Virus record (IMG/VR): IMGVR_UViG_3300036766_000359
Coordinates: 96,001-160,000 of that record
DNA: 64,000 nt
Source: a virus
Reading direction: 5' to 3' (one strand)
The position numbers and the translations under genes were made by a program. Of this stretch, positions 35,974 through 44,406 are shown in pieces (position 1 is the stretch's first letter; each line of letters starts with the position of its first letter). The notes beneath the pieces are model-generated. The model had not been told where the DNA came from, made no database searches, and saw only the letters and a program-made list of their open reading frames with translations.

Positions 35974-36117
35974 TCACGACCACTCCCGGAGTTGGCGAGC
36001 GTCCTTGGGACGCCGTGCACGTCGGTCGCGCATCACACCGCCTTTACGCTTGGACATGAGCATACCGAGCATCAGTGTGTTGCGTGGGACAGCTCGCTTC
36101 TTTGTCTTCTTGGTCAT
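35974..36117 (-). CDS. 47-aa basic peptide, copy 1
   Basis: My translation: MTKKTKKRAVPRNTLMLGMLMSKRKGGVMRDRRARRPKDARQLREWS; paralog at 45598-45741. Confidence 0.8.
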   Translation of the reverse strand: MTKKTKKRAVPRNTLMLGMLMSKRKGGVMRDRRARRPKDARQLREWS

Positions 36118-36124
36118 GTTGGTT

Positions 36125-36150
36125 GTACTTCGTTGATTCACCAATCTGCG
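36125..36150 (-). promoter_or_regulatory. Phage promoter motif (leaderless type)
   Basis: cgcagat-N15-gtac; ATG follows after 7 nt. Confidence 0.75.
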
Positions 36151-36173
36151 CGACTGACCAACACATTCTGGTT

Positions 36174-36201
36174 CCCGCCCCTCACTCGCGTGAGGGGCGG
36201 G
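36174..36201 (-). terminator. GC hairpin
   Basis: cccgcccctcac-tcgc-gtgaggggcggg. Confidence 0.6.
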
Positions 36202-36217
36202 ACCGTTCGTCAGCCGA

Positions 36218-36394
36218 TCAGAAGGACGAGATCAGTCCGTCACCGAAGTGAAGGGGAGACGGCTCCTCGCCCTCGGACTCATCCGGCAGCATGTTGACGT
36301 ACGGTGCGGTGGTTTGCACGTCGTCGTCGCACGGTCCGCATCGAACGTTGAAACGATTCAGATTCTCGAATTCGCCAAGGTCAAAGTGGTTCAT
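36218..36394 (-). CDS. 58-aa acidic hypothetical protein
   Basis: GGAGG RBS; MNHFDLGEF... Confidence 0.5.
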   Translation of the reverse strand: MNHFDLGEFENLNRFNVRCGPCDDDVQTTAPYVNMLPDESEGEEPSPLHFGDGLISSF

Positions 36395-36494
36395 CTTGTT
36401 TCCTCCATCCGCCCATACGTGGTGAGATCGATAACTTCCGGCCCGCTTGAGCTTTTTAGATAAGTTATCGCAAAGCTCCGCGATCTTCTTTTGT

Positions 36495-36657
36495 CGTAGA
36501 TTTCTAAAAAAGTGCAGTACCGCAAAGTGGAGGGGGCCAGTGCCTTGCAAAGGCTTCGTAAATCCGTCGTTTTGCTGAGTACCACAAAGTGGAGGGGGCC
36601 AGTGCCCTTTCGCAAGGCACCATTGCCAGTTCGGAGATCGGTTGCGTCGACGCGTAC
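36495..36657 (+). promoter_or_regulatory. Three tandem phage promoter motifs (36495, 36557, 36632)
   Basis: cgtagat/cgtaaat/cggagat-N15-gtac; the first two are 62 bp apart and followed by gtggagggggccagtg. Confidence 0.8.
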
Positions 36658-36797
36658 GGGTGGTGTGAGGCGGGACGGGACGCGAGGCAATGATGCAGCG
36701 CAAAACGGTCCGCAGATCACGGCCCTCCGGCAGTACGGAGGGTGGGAGGCGAGGCGGGCAGGCCGAGTTTCTCACAACCCAACCACAGGAGCACATC

Positions 36798-37154
36798 ATG
36801 GCAAATCTCTATCCCTTCGTCACCAAGTCTCAGATCAAGGCGCGTCTCGACGAGTCCCCCGCATACCGCTGCGAAGCGATGCTGATCCTCTACGCCTTGC
36901 AGACGGCGTACGAGCAGGACACGCGCAGCACCCGCGACAAGAATCGTCAGGGCTTCATGTCCTCGCACGCCGTCAACGGATCGCGGGTGGCCTTGAAGAT
37001 CAAGTCGGGCGAGGAACTCTCCCCCGAAGACTGGGAACACGTCAGCCGCATTGCTCCGCGCTACACCCGCCAACTGGCGGTCTACTTCAGGGCGCAGATG
37101 CTCCTGGAACAACCCGAGCTGCAGGCAGTCGCCAAGCTCTTCAGCGCGGGCTGA
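36798..37154 (+). CDS. Triplicated hypothetical family, copy 2
   Basis: MANLYPFVTKSQIKARL...GFMSSHAVNGSRVA...; GGAG RBS. Confidence 0.9.
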   Translation: MANLYPFVTKSQIKARLDESPAYRCEAMLILYALQTAYEQDTRSTRDKNRQGFMSSHAVNGSRVALKIKSGEELSPEDWEHVSRIAPRYTRQLAVYFRAQMLLEQPELQAVAKLFSAG

Positions 37155-37167
37155 GCGCAGGGCACCC

Positions 37168-37193
37168 GGCCCCCGTCCGAAAGGGCGGGGGCC
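37168..37193 (+). terminator. GNRA-loop hairpin
   Basis: ggcccccgtcc-gaaa-gggcgggggcc. Confidence 0.6.
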
Positions 37194-37212
37194 TTCCCTT
37201 TAGGGAGGGCTC

Positions 37213-37431
37213 GTGATGTTTGTTTGCACTGAGTGCTCGAAAAACTTAAAAAACAAAGAGCGCGTGTTTAGCGGCACCAATTGGTGCCGTGCGTGCGTGC
37301 ATGCAGAGTCCCAACGGTCAATACGTGAGGATTCCGTGCAGGGGGCTGCTATTTGGTTCCGAAGCCGCCCTGCCAGGTACATGCTTCAACCGGAGCAGTA
37401 CGAGGTTTTTGGATACAAGAAAAAAGTGTAA
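37213..37431 (+). CDS. Small Zn-finger protein
   Basis: CTEC...WCRAC; GGAGG RBS. Confidence 0.6.
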   Translation: MMFVCTECSKNLKNKERVFSGTNWCRACVHAESQRSIREDSVQGAAIWFRSRPARYMLQPEQYEVFGYKKKV

Positions 37432-37607
37432 TCTCACAACCACCGAGGGAAAATGTGTAAGAAATGCAAATGCTGTGGTGAGCAAATTAGTGCTGATGCA
37501 CTGATTTGTAGGCACTGTAAACGTGTACCGTGACGAGGCACAATGTTTGATGAGTGCCATATATTTTATCCAAGCATGGCAGATGCTTGGACAAATCGAG
37601 TTCTACA

Positions 37608-37684
37608 TAGAAGGCAGGGAGTCCCGGTTGACTTACCCCTGCCTGGGATGCTCCTAAAGGTCCAGGGCTTCTTGCCTTCTGTAC
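37608..37684 (-). ncRNA. Candidate structured ~70-nt element, copy A
   Basis: Same blocks as 35290-35361; downstream hairpin tccaagcat/atgcttgga could terminate it. Confidence 0.45.
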
Positions 37685-37706
37685 AGAACTCACTGATCAA
37701 TATACG
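37681..37706 (-). promoter_or_regulatory. Phage promoter motif
   Basis: cgtatat-N15-gtac. Confidence 0.55.
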
Positions 37707-37719
37707 ACAAGTGTATGGC

Positions 37720-37745
37720 AGTAAATCGGTCGGTATGTGGCGTAT
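37720..37745 (+). promoter_or_regulatory. Phage promoter motif
   Basis: agtaaat-N15-gtat. Confidence 0.55.
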
Positions 37746-37769
37746 GTCCACGGCAAAAACCGGAGTTTT

Positions 37770-37928
37770 ATGAAGAAAATGATTCGAGACGTTTGGCTCG
37801 TGCTCACATCTCGTGTGATGGTTATTCCGTACTGCAACATCGTCAGTGTGCAGGTCACGCAGTCCTATTCCGACAGTGGGAACGAGGTTCGGTCTTACGT
37901 CGAAGTTGTCGGCACCGTTTATCATTAG
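37770..37928 (+). CDS. Hypothetical protein
   Basis: GGAG RBS; 52 aa. Confidence 0.5.
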   Translation: MKKMIRDVWLVLTSRVMVIPYCNIVSVQVTQSYSDSGNEVRSYVEVVGTVYH

Positions 37929-38077
37929 ACTCGGCAGTCGCTGTAGCTCACATCGCCGTGACTAATTCGCCGTGACCGTTCGTGTTCGTTCCGTTGTCGT
38001 CTGTTGTCGTCACCGGCTCGTGGTCGTCCTCGGCTCGTGGTCGTCCTCGTGGCCCGCGTTTTACGTTTACGACGATA

Positions 38078-38108
38078 TATGCCAGGGTTCATCATGAACC
38101 CTGGCATA
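38078..38108. repeat. Perfect 15-bp inverted repeat, 1-nt centre
   Basis: tatgccagggttcat-c-atgaaccctggcata. Confidence 0.9.
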
Positions 38109-38141
38109 CTTTCTTGGTGAGTCAACTCACGCTCAGAGCGG

Positions 38142-38411
38142 CTAGTCGTTAATGACCGTGATAGTGGTCCCATCAGCCGAAGCGAATTTGACTGCACCAT
38201 TCTCGGAACACGAGTAGCGGAATTCTTTCGAAATTTCCCGGTCGCGACGAACGAAAAAACCGGAAACGAAAATCTCTGATTTCGTCGCCACGTTGCACGT
38301 CATTTGATGATGACCGAAGTCAGAGCGCTCAACAATCCCTTCCTTGCATGTCTCGTCCCAAGTGAAGAAGCTGTGGTCGTGAAAGATCATTGATTTCGGT
38401 TCTGTCTTCAT
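38142..38411 (-). CDS. Hypothetical protein
   Basis: Promoter motif and GGAGG RBS. Confidence 0.7.
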   Translation of the reverse strand: MKTEPKSMIFHDHSFFTWDETCKEGIVERSDFGHHQMTCNVATKSEIFVSGFFVRRDREISKEFRYSCSENGAVKFASADGTTITVIND

Positions 38412-38432
38412 TGTTCTTGCCTCCACAAATTC

Positions 38433-38458
38433 GTACGGCTACGACTGCGCAGTCTACA
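38433..38458 (-). promoter_or_regulatory. Phage promoter motif
   Basis: tgtagac-N15-gtac then GTGGAGG. Confidence 0.8.
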
Positions 38459-38476
38459 GTTCCGTTGTCGGAACTG

Positions 38477-38887
38477 TCACTTCCAGCCGTTCCTTGTGTG
38501 TTTCATTACCCTCATCCCAGAAGACCCAGCACAGTCACGTGCGTCTCTCTCTGTGTTAAAGAATAGCATGGGAGAGAACCGACTTCCGACGAAGTCTCCC
38601 ATTGCCCACGTTCCCACTCGAGGGTACGCAGTTTGTCCGGGTGGCAGGCTGATGAGCCCGCCGCAATCTTCATCTTCGTCACCCGCGACGGCGGGCATCG
38701 GGTCTGGTGCCTGCGCCTCCGGGTACGGGACGTCCTCTTCTACCTGCGGCAGCGATGGCGGAGGTGGAAGCGAGTTCAGGTTTATGAACCGGGCGGTTGA
38801 ACGCGGTGGGACGTCGGACGTCGGCCTCGCGTCAGAGAACTTCAAACACGCAGGCAATACGATCACTAGAATGAGCAACTTCATCAT
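38477..38887 (-). CDS. Putative lipoprotein
   Basis: MMKLLILVIVLPAC lipobox-like; Pro-rich. Confidence 0.65.
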   Translation of the reverse strand: MMKLLILVIVLPACLKFSDARPTSDVPPRSTARFINLNSLPPPPSLPQVEEDVPYPEAQAPDPMPAVAGDEDEDCGGLISLPPGQTAYPRVGTWAMGDFVGSRFSPMLFFNTERDARDCAGSSGMRVMKHTRNGWK

Positions 38888-39051
38888 TCGCACGTACGGA
38901 GCAAAAGTTCGCATTTCCGCTCCGTACATCCTTCAAACAAGAAGGCAAAACCACATGATGATGTAGAAGACATGATAAAGCCGCGAGGGCGAAACCCATG
39001 CACTTCCTTGTGCATGTCCGAGAACATCGACTTCAATGATTCCAATTTCAT
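38884..39051 (-). CDS. Small protein (SD.HK..HGFRPR motif)
   Basis: GGAGG RBS; MKLESLKSMFSDMHKEVHGFRPRG. Confidence 0.55.
   Translation of the reverse strand: MKLESLKSMFSDMHKEVHGFRPRGFIMSSTSSCGFAFLFEGCTERKCELLLRTCE
38894..38919 (-). promoter_or_regulatory. Phage promoter motif (leaderless type)
   Basis: cggaaat-N15-gtac; ATG follows after 6 nt. Confidence 0.75.
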
Positions 39052-39071
39052 CTTGCTGCCTCCACCCACCC

Positions 39072-39097
39072 GTACGTGTTGCGGATTCAAGTTTCCG
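39072..39097 (-). promoter_or_regulatory. Phage promoter motif
   Basis: cggaaac-N15-gtac then GGTGGAGG. Confidence 0.8.
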
Positions 39098-39132
39098 TCG
39101 CTGCTTCAGCGTTCATAAGGGAGCCAACCGAT

Positions 39133-39351
39133 TCAATACTCAAACCATGAATTGATCTTCTGGAACACGTTCTCCGCCTCGGTCTCGCGTGCCTGCTTTG
39201 CGCCGAACATCACCAAGCAGATCTGCTGCGCACGATCCATTTCGAGTCCAAAATCCCTCGGAGCCGGTTCGACCACCAACCCCTGAATGAATGCGCCGAC
39301 CTGCAATTCGAAAAGAGCTTCACAAACTTCCTCACTTGCCTTGATCTTCAT
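39133..39351 (-). CDS. Hypothetical protein
   Basis: Promoter motif and GGAGG RBS. Confidence 0.7.
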   Translation of the reverse strand: MKIKASEEVCEALFELQVGAFIQGLVVEPAPRDFGLEMDRAQQICLVMFGAKQARETEAENVFQKINSWFEY

Positions 39352-39369
39352 GTGCTGCCTCCACCACTC

Positions 39370-39395
39370 GTACGCGGCGGAGGCTCGGACTTACC
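39370..39395 (-). promoter_or_regulatory. Phage promoter motif
   Basis: ggtaagt-N15-gtac then GGTGGAGG. Confidence 0.75.
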
Positions 39396-39597
39396 ACTTC
39401 TTCATGTGTGTTTTCAGTTGGATAACACAAGACACGAGGATAAATGCCGCCAGAGGCACTGTCCAATTACCAGATACCCAGTTATCCGACGTCCACTTGA
39501 CGTAAGCTTCACGACCTACATAGTCTTGTGCAAGACTCTGAACCATTGCTGCGGTGACTACACCGCAGAGAAACTCGGATCTCAACATCTTCTTCAT
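39391..39597 (-). CDS. Small membrane protein
   Basis: Two hydrophobic segments. Confidence 0.55.
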   Translation of the reverse strand: MKKMLRSEFLCGVVTAAMVQSLAQDYVGREAYVKWTSDNWVSGNWTVPLAAFILVSCVIQLKTHMKKW

Positions 39598-39598
39598 T

Positions 39599-40411
39599 TC
39601 ATGACTCCATTATCTTCTGCACTTGGGCTACTTTCTGTGATTCTTCGAAGTCTTCGCGGCGCACGAACATGAGAGAGGACTTGTTTCGTTTCAAAAACTT
39701 GACTAGATCATCAAGATCATCAGGATCAATTGACATGCATTCGAGCATGGTATCCGGATTAACGTCGAGCAAGCCTGGCGTTTTAGACAAAAAATCCCGC
39801 AACTTCTCGCGAAATTTTAACGCTTCTTTGTTCGTGTTTATCCCGGAAAACTGACCCACAATCTGATCGGCGTCAAGCAACGATTTTTGCCAAGCTGCCT
39901 TCCATTCTTTGTCGAGATAGTCAAGTCGTTCTGACAACTGCTCATTGAACACACCAGAAATACCTGAGTCGTCTGGGGTTAGACTTGAACTACTAACCCC
40001 ATCAAGCATGTATGAAATACCGTATGATGAGAAAGATAAATAGAGTTGTTGCGGATGTTGCGGATGTGTATGCGTCCATCGGTAGAAAAATTTTTCTCCT
40101 CTCACTTTGAAAAATTTTTCCTCCCAACTGATTTTTCCGTCCAGAACGACGTGTAGACGATTTACTGTGGTGATCAGGTTTTGAGAATAGGGAGAGCAAA
40201 CCTTCAACACACGGGGAGGGCTGATTTTCAGTTTGGAGTTGATAAGAAAGTGCCACGACTGAAGAGTCGCCTGCCTCATTTTCTTAATATACTCTTGCTG
40301 AAGAGCTGCCTGATTGAGCTTTGTTCTGCGATTGTCGGGAGTACACGACTTCTTGAAGGCATCGCTGTCCCGAAGCTTGTCGATTGCGTCTTCGACGAGT
40401 TTATAATCCAT
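39599..40411 (-). CDS. Hypothetical protein with IMES tag
   Basis: ...RREDFEESQKVAQVQKIMES*. Confidence 0.8.
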   Translation of the reverse strand: MDYKLVEDAIDKLRDSDAFKKSCTPDNRRTKLNQAALQQEYIKKMRQATLQSWHFLINSKLKISPPRVLKVCSPYSQNLITTVNRLHVVLDGKISWEEKFFKVRGEKFFYRWTHTHPQHPQQLYLSFSSYGISYMLDGVSSSSLTPDDSGISGVFNEQLSERLDYLDKEWKAAWQKSLLDADQIVGQFSGINTNKEALKFREKLRDFLSKTPGLLDVNPDTMLECMSIDPDDLDDLVKFLKRNKSSLMFVRREDFEESQKVAQVQKIMES

Positions 40412-40413
40412 CG

Positions 40414-40752
40414 CTACCGCGCATCGTAAACCGCCGAGTACCAGCAAGTGCACTGTTCGGCGTACAGCCCAAGTTGTTCCAGGCGGGTGTTCATCCGGTC
40501 GAACGCTCCGTATTGCTCGTAATCGAGGTTGAAGTATCGCGCCTGGTCGCCACCATCGTGGACCACGATCAACACGGCTCCCTGGCCGTAGTCCTCACCA
40601 CGGTCCGACCACTCCTCGGGCGTGTAGAAAGCCTTCCCGCCACCACCCGATGGGTTGGCAAGCTCGGCTGTCATCAAGGCCACGATCGCTTCCGCCGCTT
40701 GCTGACCCTGTGCATTCAGGTTGTTCGGAATGTTGAAGTCTTGGTTGTCCAT
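40414..40752 (-). CDS. Hypothetical protein
   Basis: GGGKAFYTP.EW..RGE.YG...LIVVHDGG...Y.EQCTCWYS. Confidence 0.8.
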   Translation of the reverse strand: MDNQDFNIPNNLNAQGQQAAEAIVALMTAELANPSGGGGKAFYTPEEWSDRGEDYGQGAVLIVVHDGGDQARYFNLDYEQYGAFDRMNTRLEQLGLYAEQCTCWYSAVYDAR

Positions 40753-40980
40753 GTTGTTACAAGCTCCGGGAAACTCTAGTGGGCCACAGTGCCTGGACGT
40801 TCGCTACCACTTGGTCCAATCGCGCAAGTTCGTCGGCCTCACGCTTGGCTCGGGCAGGGGTCGTGTAGTGTTGCCACGATCCCGTCGAACAGTGGCACTC
40901 CCAAACCCCGTTTGTTTGGCCCTGTGCGCACCAACGCTTGCCCTCACGGGTGGGAAGAGGTTGGACACGGTATCCCATGA

Positions 40981-41058
40981 TCAGGCCACCCTGGCTTCCG
41001 CCGCACTCTTGCCTTGTTCGCTCAACTCGACTGGAATGTTGAAATCGTTCATATTCAT
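40981..41058 (-). pseudogene. Truncated paralog of the N-terminus of 40414-40752
   Basis: MNDFNIPVELSEQGKSAAEARVA* vs MDNQDFNIPNNLNAQGQQAAEAIVA. Confidence 0.55.
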
Positions 41059-41072
41059 TGCCTCCGCTATCT

Positions 41073-41098
41073 GTACGATCGCAGAACAGGAATTTACA
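41073..41098 (-). promoter_or_regulatory. Phage promoter motif
   Basis: tgtaaat-N15-gtac then GCGGAGG. Confidence 0.8.
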
Positions 41099-41115
41099 CC
41101 TCCGCCGGAGGTGCT

Positions 41116-41394
41116 TTAAAGTTTTACCAGGTCCCGTACTCTGTTCAAGAATATCAAAGTGTCCATGTAGCTACACTCGTTGGGCAAGTTTTCTTGAATG
41201 TGGGATCGCGCCGAGACCACCACCCCGAGTTTTTCAGAGTACGCCAAGTCGTACCCGCGTTTGGTCAACTCAGGTTCAATTTTTTCCAGGATGGTGAGGA
41301 CGGTGATGATATGCCGCCGAGCATTGGTGTACCCGCGCTGTATCAGCTCAGGTTCAATTTTTTCCAGAATATCGGTAGCATGCGCGTTCATCAA
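41116..41394 (-). CDS. Hypothetical protein with internal 26-aa duplication
   Basis: ILEKIEPEL..RGY twice; exact 21-bp repeat at 41269 and 41347. Confidence 0.6.
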   Translation of the reverse strand: MMNAHATDILEKIEPELIQRGYTNARRHIITVLTILEKIEPELTKRGYDLAYSEKLGVVVSARSHIQENLPNECSYMDTLIFLNRVRDLVKL

Positions 41395-41520
41395 TTTCTC
41401 CTGACATTGGCGGTTGTCCCGCCAGAGCGCCCATCGATAATACGCGTGACACTCGCTGATCTGCGCTTTGTTGGGATACCTTCAAAAGCCATACAACTGC
41501 ACGGGGGACTCAAGACGGTC

Positions 41521-41546
41521 CGTAGATTCTCGTGCCGACAGCGTAT
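41521..41546 (+). promoter_or_regulatory. Phage promoter motif
   Basis: cgtagat-N15-gtat. Confidence 0.75.
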
Positions 41547-41611
41547 CTGTGGATGTGAGACGGACTGGCAGCAGGCAGGCGCAGTCCACAACCCCTCACA
41601 CGGAGCACATC

Positions 41612-41971
41612 ATGGCAGCCAATCTCTACCCGTTCGTCACCAAGTCGTCCCTCAAAATTCGCCTCAACAGCGACCCCACCTTCCGTCTCGAAGCGATGGT
41701 CATCCTGTACGCCCTCCAGACCGGTTGGGAGCAGGACACGAGTTCGACCAAAGACAAGAATCGTCAGGGATTCATGTCCTCTCACGCGGTGAACGGCTCG
41801 CGGGTGGCTCGCAAGATCTTGTGGAACGAGGAGCTTTCCCCCGAAGACGAGGCTCACGTGGCAGGCATCGCTCCCCGCTACACGCGTCAGCTCGCCGTCT
41901 ACTTCAGGGCGAAGGCCATCGCAGAGCAGCCCGAGTTGGCGGAGATCGCCACTCTTTTCAGCGCAGGCTGA
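41612..41971 (+). CDS. Triplicated hypothetical family, copy 3
   Basis: MAANLYPFVTKSSL...KDKNRQGFMSSHAVNGSRVA...RYTRQLA. Confidence 0.9.
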   Translation: MAANLYPFVTKSSLKIRLNSDPTFRLEAMVILYALQTGWEQDTSSTKDKNRQGFMSSHAVNGSRVARKILWNEELSPEDEAHVAGIAPRYTRQLAVYFRAKAIAEQPELAEIATLFSAG

Positions 41972-41990
41972 TCTCACCTCGGACACGACG

Positions 41991-42024
41991 GAGCCCCGGA
42001 CCTCTCGAAAGAGGTCCGGGGCTC
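41991..42024. terminator. Perfect 15-bp hairpin between convergent genes
   Basis: gagccccggacctct-cgaa-agaggtccggggctc. Confidence 0.75.
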
Positions 42025-42032
42025 ATCTATAT

Positions 42033-42254
42033 TCAAATACCGAAAATCTTTTGAAGACGATTTGTTAATTCTTCTTCAAAAGTCCCTTTAAAAGCACGTT
42101 CGGCGCAATGGTCTTCGCAATCCATGCCGAAGTGCTTAGAAGTCACTGTGATTGGCTTTAAACAATATTCACAAAAGACATCAACGTGAAGACCAGTCGA
42201 ATCTTCTCTAATAGACACACCTTTAGGGATCTTCTTTGCGGGTTTCTTTGGCAA
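42033..42254 (-). CDS. Small Zn-binding protein
   Basis: FCEYC...MDCEDHC. Confidence 0.55.
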   Translation of the reverse strand: MPKKPAKKIPKGVSIREDSTGLHVDVFCEYCLKPITVTSKHFGMDCEDHCAERAFKGTFEEELTNRLQKIFGI

Positions 42255-42489
42255 GAGACGCTCCTCGGGGTGTTAGTCGGCAATGAATGACCAACTTCCA
42301 TTCATGACGTACTGACACCGTAAACGGGTTTACTTCAGATTTGTAGACCTTCTCGTACAAGCGTTCGGCTAGACGTTGATTCTCAAGCTCGATCATACTC
42401 CATCGATTTACGAGACTCGAGAACGGTCGATACTCTATGGCATCCAATTCGCGCAATAATGCCAGTCCGTTTTTGCTTGGGTGGTACAT
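42223..42489 (-). CDS. Hypothetical protein (winged-helix-like tail)
   Basis: CRLTPRG.SLA. Confidence 0.45.
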   Translation of the reverse strand: MYHPSKNGLALLRELDAIEYRPFSSLVNRWSMIELENQRLAERLYEKVYKSEVNPFTVSVRHEWKLVIHCRLTPRGASLAKETRKEDP

Positions 42490-42592
42490 GTGAGTTATGA
42501 AGGGTTGAGTCTATGCTCCGGGAGCAAAGATGACCGGATTGGCAGCCGAAATCACCTTACGGAGCACAGACTCAACCCTTCACATATACTTT

Positions 42593-42916
42593 CTAGATCA
42601 CTGGCATCCACTCTTCGAATCGAAGCCTCACCGGGTTCTTCTTTCCTGCAGCTTCCCTCGCGTCGGGATCGCCGTAGATGTCCGGTTCAGCAGTCAGAAC
42701 GAGACCACCCTTCATGCGGGCGCTTTTACCTTCGGGTTGCTCTGAGTCTTGCAACTCGATCGCGAACAACACCGGTTCGTCCGACACGTAGTCCGGAATC
42801 TCAACCTTTTCGAATGTTGAGGTTGCCGTTTCTTTTGGTGGCTTACCATTCCACGTTCTGTGGGTACGCACGAGCCGAAATCCATCATCCGAGCTTGTCT
42901 CAACGTAAAAATGCAT
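42593..42916 (-). CDS. Hypothetical protein
   Basis: Promoter motif and GGAGGGAG RBS. Confidence 0.7.
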   Translation of the reverse strand: MHFYVETSSDDGFRLVRTHRTWNGKPPKETATSTFEKVEIPDYVSDEPVLFAIELQDSEQPEGKSARMKGGLVLTAEPDIYGDPDAREAAGKKNPVRLRFEEWMPVI

Positions 42917-42936
42917 CGGTTGCTCCCTCCACTATT

Positions 42937-42962
42937 GTACGCCGCGCAGCCGCTGATCTCCG
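42937..42962 (-). promoter_or_regulatory. Phage promoter motif
   Basis: cggagat-N15-gtac then GTGGAGG. Confidence 0.8.
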
Positions 42963-43019
42963 CGTTCCCGCGTACATGCGCATACTGGCATATATGCGCG
43001 CGTCATATGGCAGTATTCG

Positions 43020-43277
43020 TCAGGTAGTTTGCTTCGTGAACTCGTCGGCACCAACATCGAGTGCCACTATCTCGTAACTCGACTCATCACCCACAATCCT
43101 TTGCTTAGACGCGTCTGGAAGCGTTCGTATCGCAAGCTCGAATTGATCAAGATGAACTTTACAGAGAGGGCAAAGTCGACCCGTCTTTTTCGGTCTTACG
43201 AATTTTACCACACTCTCATCACAGATCAGGGCGGTCGATAGACGATTCCGTTGTCCATGATGATGACACTTAGCCAT
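43020..43277 (-). CDS. Hypothetical protein
   Basis: CHH...LCPLC. Confidence 0.55.
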   Translation of the reverse strand: MAKCHHHGQRNRLSTALICDESVVKFVRPKKTGRLCPLCKVHLDQFELAIRTLPDASKQRIVGDESSYEIVALDVGADEFTKQTT

Positions 43278-43557
43278 TGTTCAACCGTAGAAGAGCTTCC
43301 AAAACGCCGGGAGCGAGAATGATTTCAACATCTTCTTCAGAGTACAAATACTCTTCCTCGTTTGGCGTTGTTTTCTTTTTACAACAAATAAGTCGGGCTT
43401 CACCTTTGAGATTTCGTTGATGCTGAAGATGAACTTCAACGAAATCATCTACCGATTCACCAACTTCAATGCTTGCGGATGAAGCTTTCGGGTTTTTCGC
43501 CTTAAGTACGCTAACGATGATTTCGGTTGCGTTCTTCGTAACTCGACTCATCTTCAT
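43270..43557 (-). CDS. Hypothetical protein
   Basis: AAGGA RBS. Confidence 0.6.
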   Translation of the reverse strand: MKMSRVTKNATEIIVSVLKAKNPKASSASIEVGESVDDFVEVHLQHQRNLKGEARLICCKKKTTPNEEEYLYSEEDVEIILAPGVLEALLRLNNG

Positions 43558-43752
43558 CTTCCTTACTTGTCCGGAGTTTACGAAGTCGTCAGCTTCGAGG
43601 AGAGAGCGGGGATTTCACCCGCGCACCAGCGCTATTGATGTTGATCAAGCACCCTAGTCAGCTGGTCGTGCAACGATTCTGAGTTGTTGCAGGCCTATGG
43701 TTCGATGTTGCAACATCTTACCTTCCGACGATCCCTCCTCGAAACTGACGAC

Positions 43753-44166
43753 TTATCGTTTCTTCGCAGCCTTCGCAGCCTTCTTCGTTCGGTAGGCCAT
43801 CTCCTTTTCGATAGCTGGACCAACCATCTTGCTCAAATAATACCCGAACTGCTCTTTGGCAACCGTGTTGTAGACCGTCGTATCATTGACGGACTCTCGT
43901 GCTGCGGTGTCAACCATCACTTGGATTTCATCCTTGTGTTGAGCAATCCAGGCGACGATCCCATCCCTAACGGAATCACGGTATAGGTTGCTATATCCGG
44001 AATCACCGCGAAAGTATTGAACAATGATGCGCTTCGTCTCTGCTTCGAGACCATCCCGAACACTTGCCTCAATGATGGCTTTGATTTCACCCTGAACTTC
44101 AGGGCGCTCAAAGACTGTCTCCATGAATTTTGCTACGGCCAGCTCAACTTGTCCATTTCGAAACAT
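43753..44166 (-). CDS. Hypothetical helical protein
   Basis: GGAGG RBS. Confidence 0.75.
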   Translation of the reverse strand: MFRNGQVELAVAKFMETVFERPEVQGEIKAIIEASVRDGLEAETKRIIVQYFRGDSGYSNLYRDSVRDGIVAWIAQHKDEIQVMVDTAARESVNDTTVYNTVAKEQFGYYLSKMVGPAIEKEMAYRTKKAAKAAKKR

Positions 44167-44181
44167 TTTTGTTATCCTCCG

Positions 44182-44352
44182 TCATGGCAATTCCACAGAG
44201 AAAATTTCAAAATCACTCGTGTCAGCTTCTGTAATTAGCCGCGTAGAAGATTGCATCTTTTCGACCGACTCTTTGGCCTGGTCTTCAGACTCTGCTTCTA
44301 CGGTCACCGAGCCTGTAAAAGTTACACCGTAGTTGACGACGAACTTAGTCAT
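44182..44352 (-). CDS. 56-aa hypothetical protein
   Basis: My translation: MTKFVVNYGVTFTGSVTVEAESEDQAKE...; promoter motif and GGAGG. Confidence 0.7.
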   Translation of the reverse strand: MTKFVVNYGVTFTGSVTVEAESEDQAKESVEKMQSSTRLITEADTSDFEIFSVELP

Positions 44353-44373
44353 TACTGTTATCCTCCGTCACTC

Positions 44374-44399
44374 GTACTGCGCCACGCCAGCGATTTACG
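44374..44399 (-). promoter_or_regulatory. Phage promoter motif
   Basis: cgtaaat-N15-gtac then GACGGAGG. Confidence 0.8.
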
Positions 44400-44406
44400 C
44401 ATTCGA

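Noticed and set aside
33809-36657. 62-bp periodic units and 33-bp repeats as a CRISPR mini-array
   Set aside because: There are only two units per locus, the 'spacers' resemble each other, no cas gene is present, and the units are explained as promoter motifs.
35290-37684. The ~73-nt element as a tRNA
   Set aside because: It has an acceptor-like 7-bp stem, but no TTCRA T-loop, D-arm or anticodon arm geometry.
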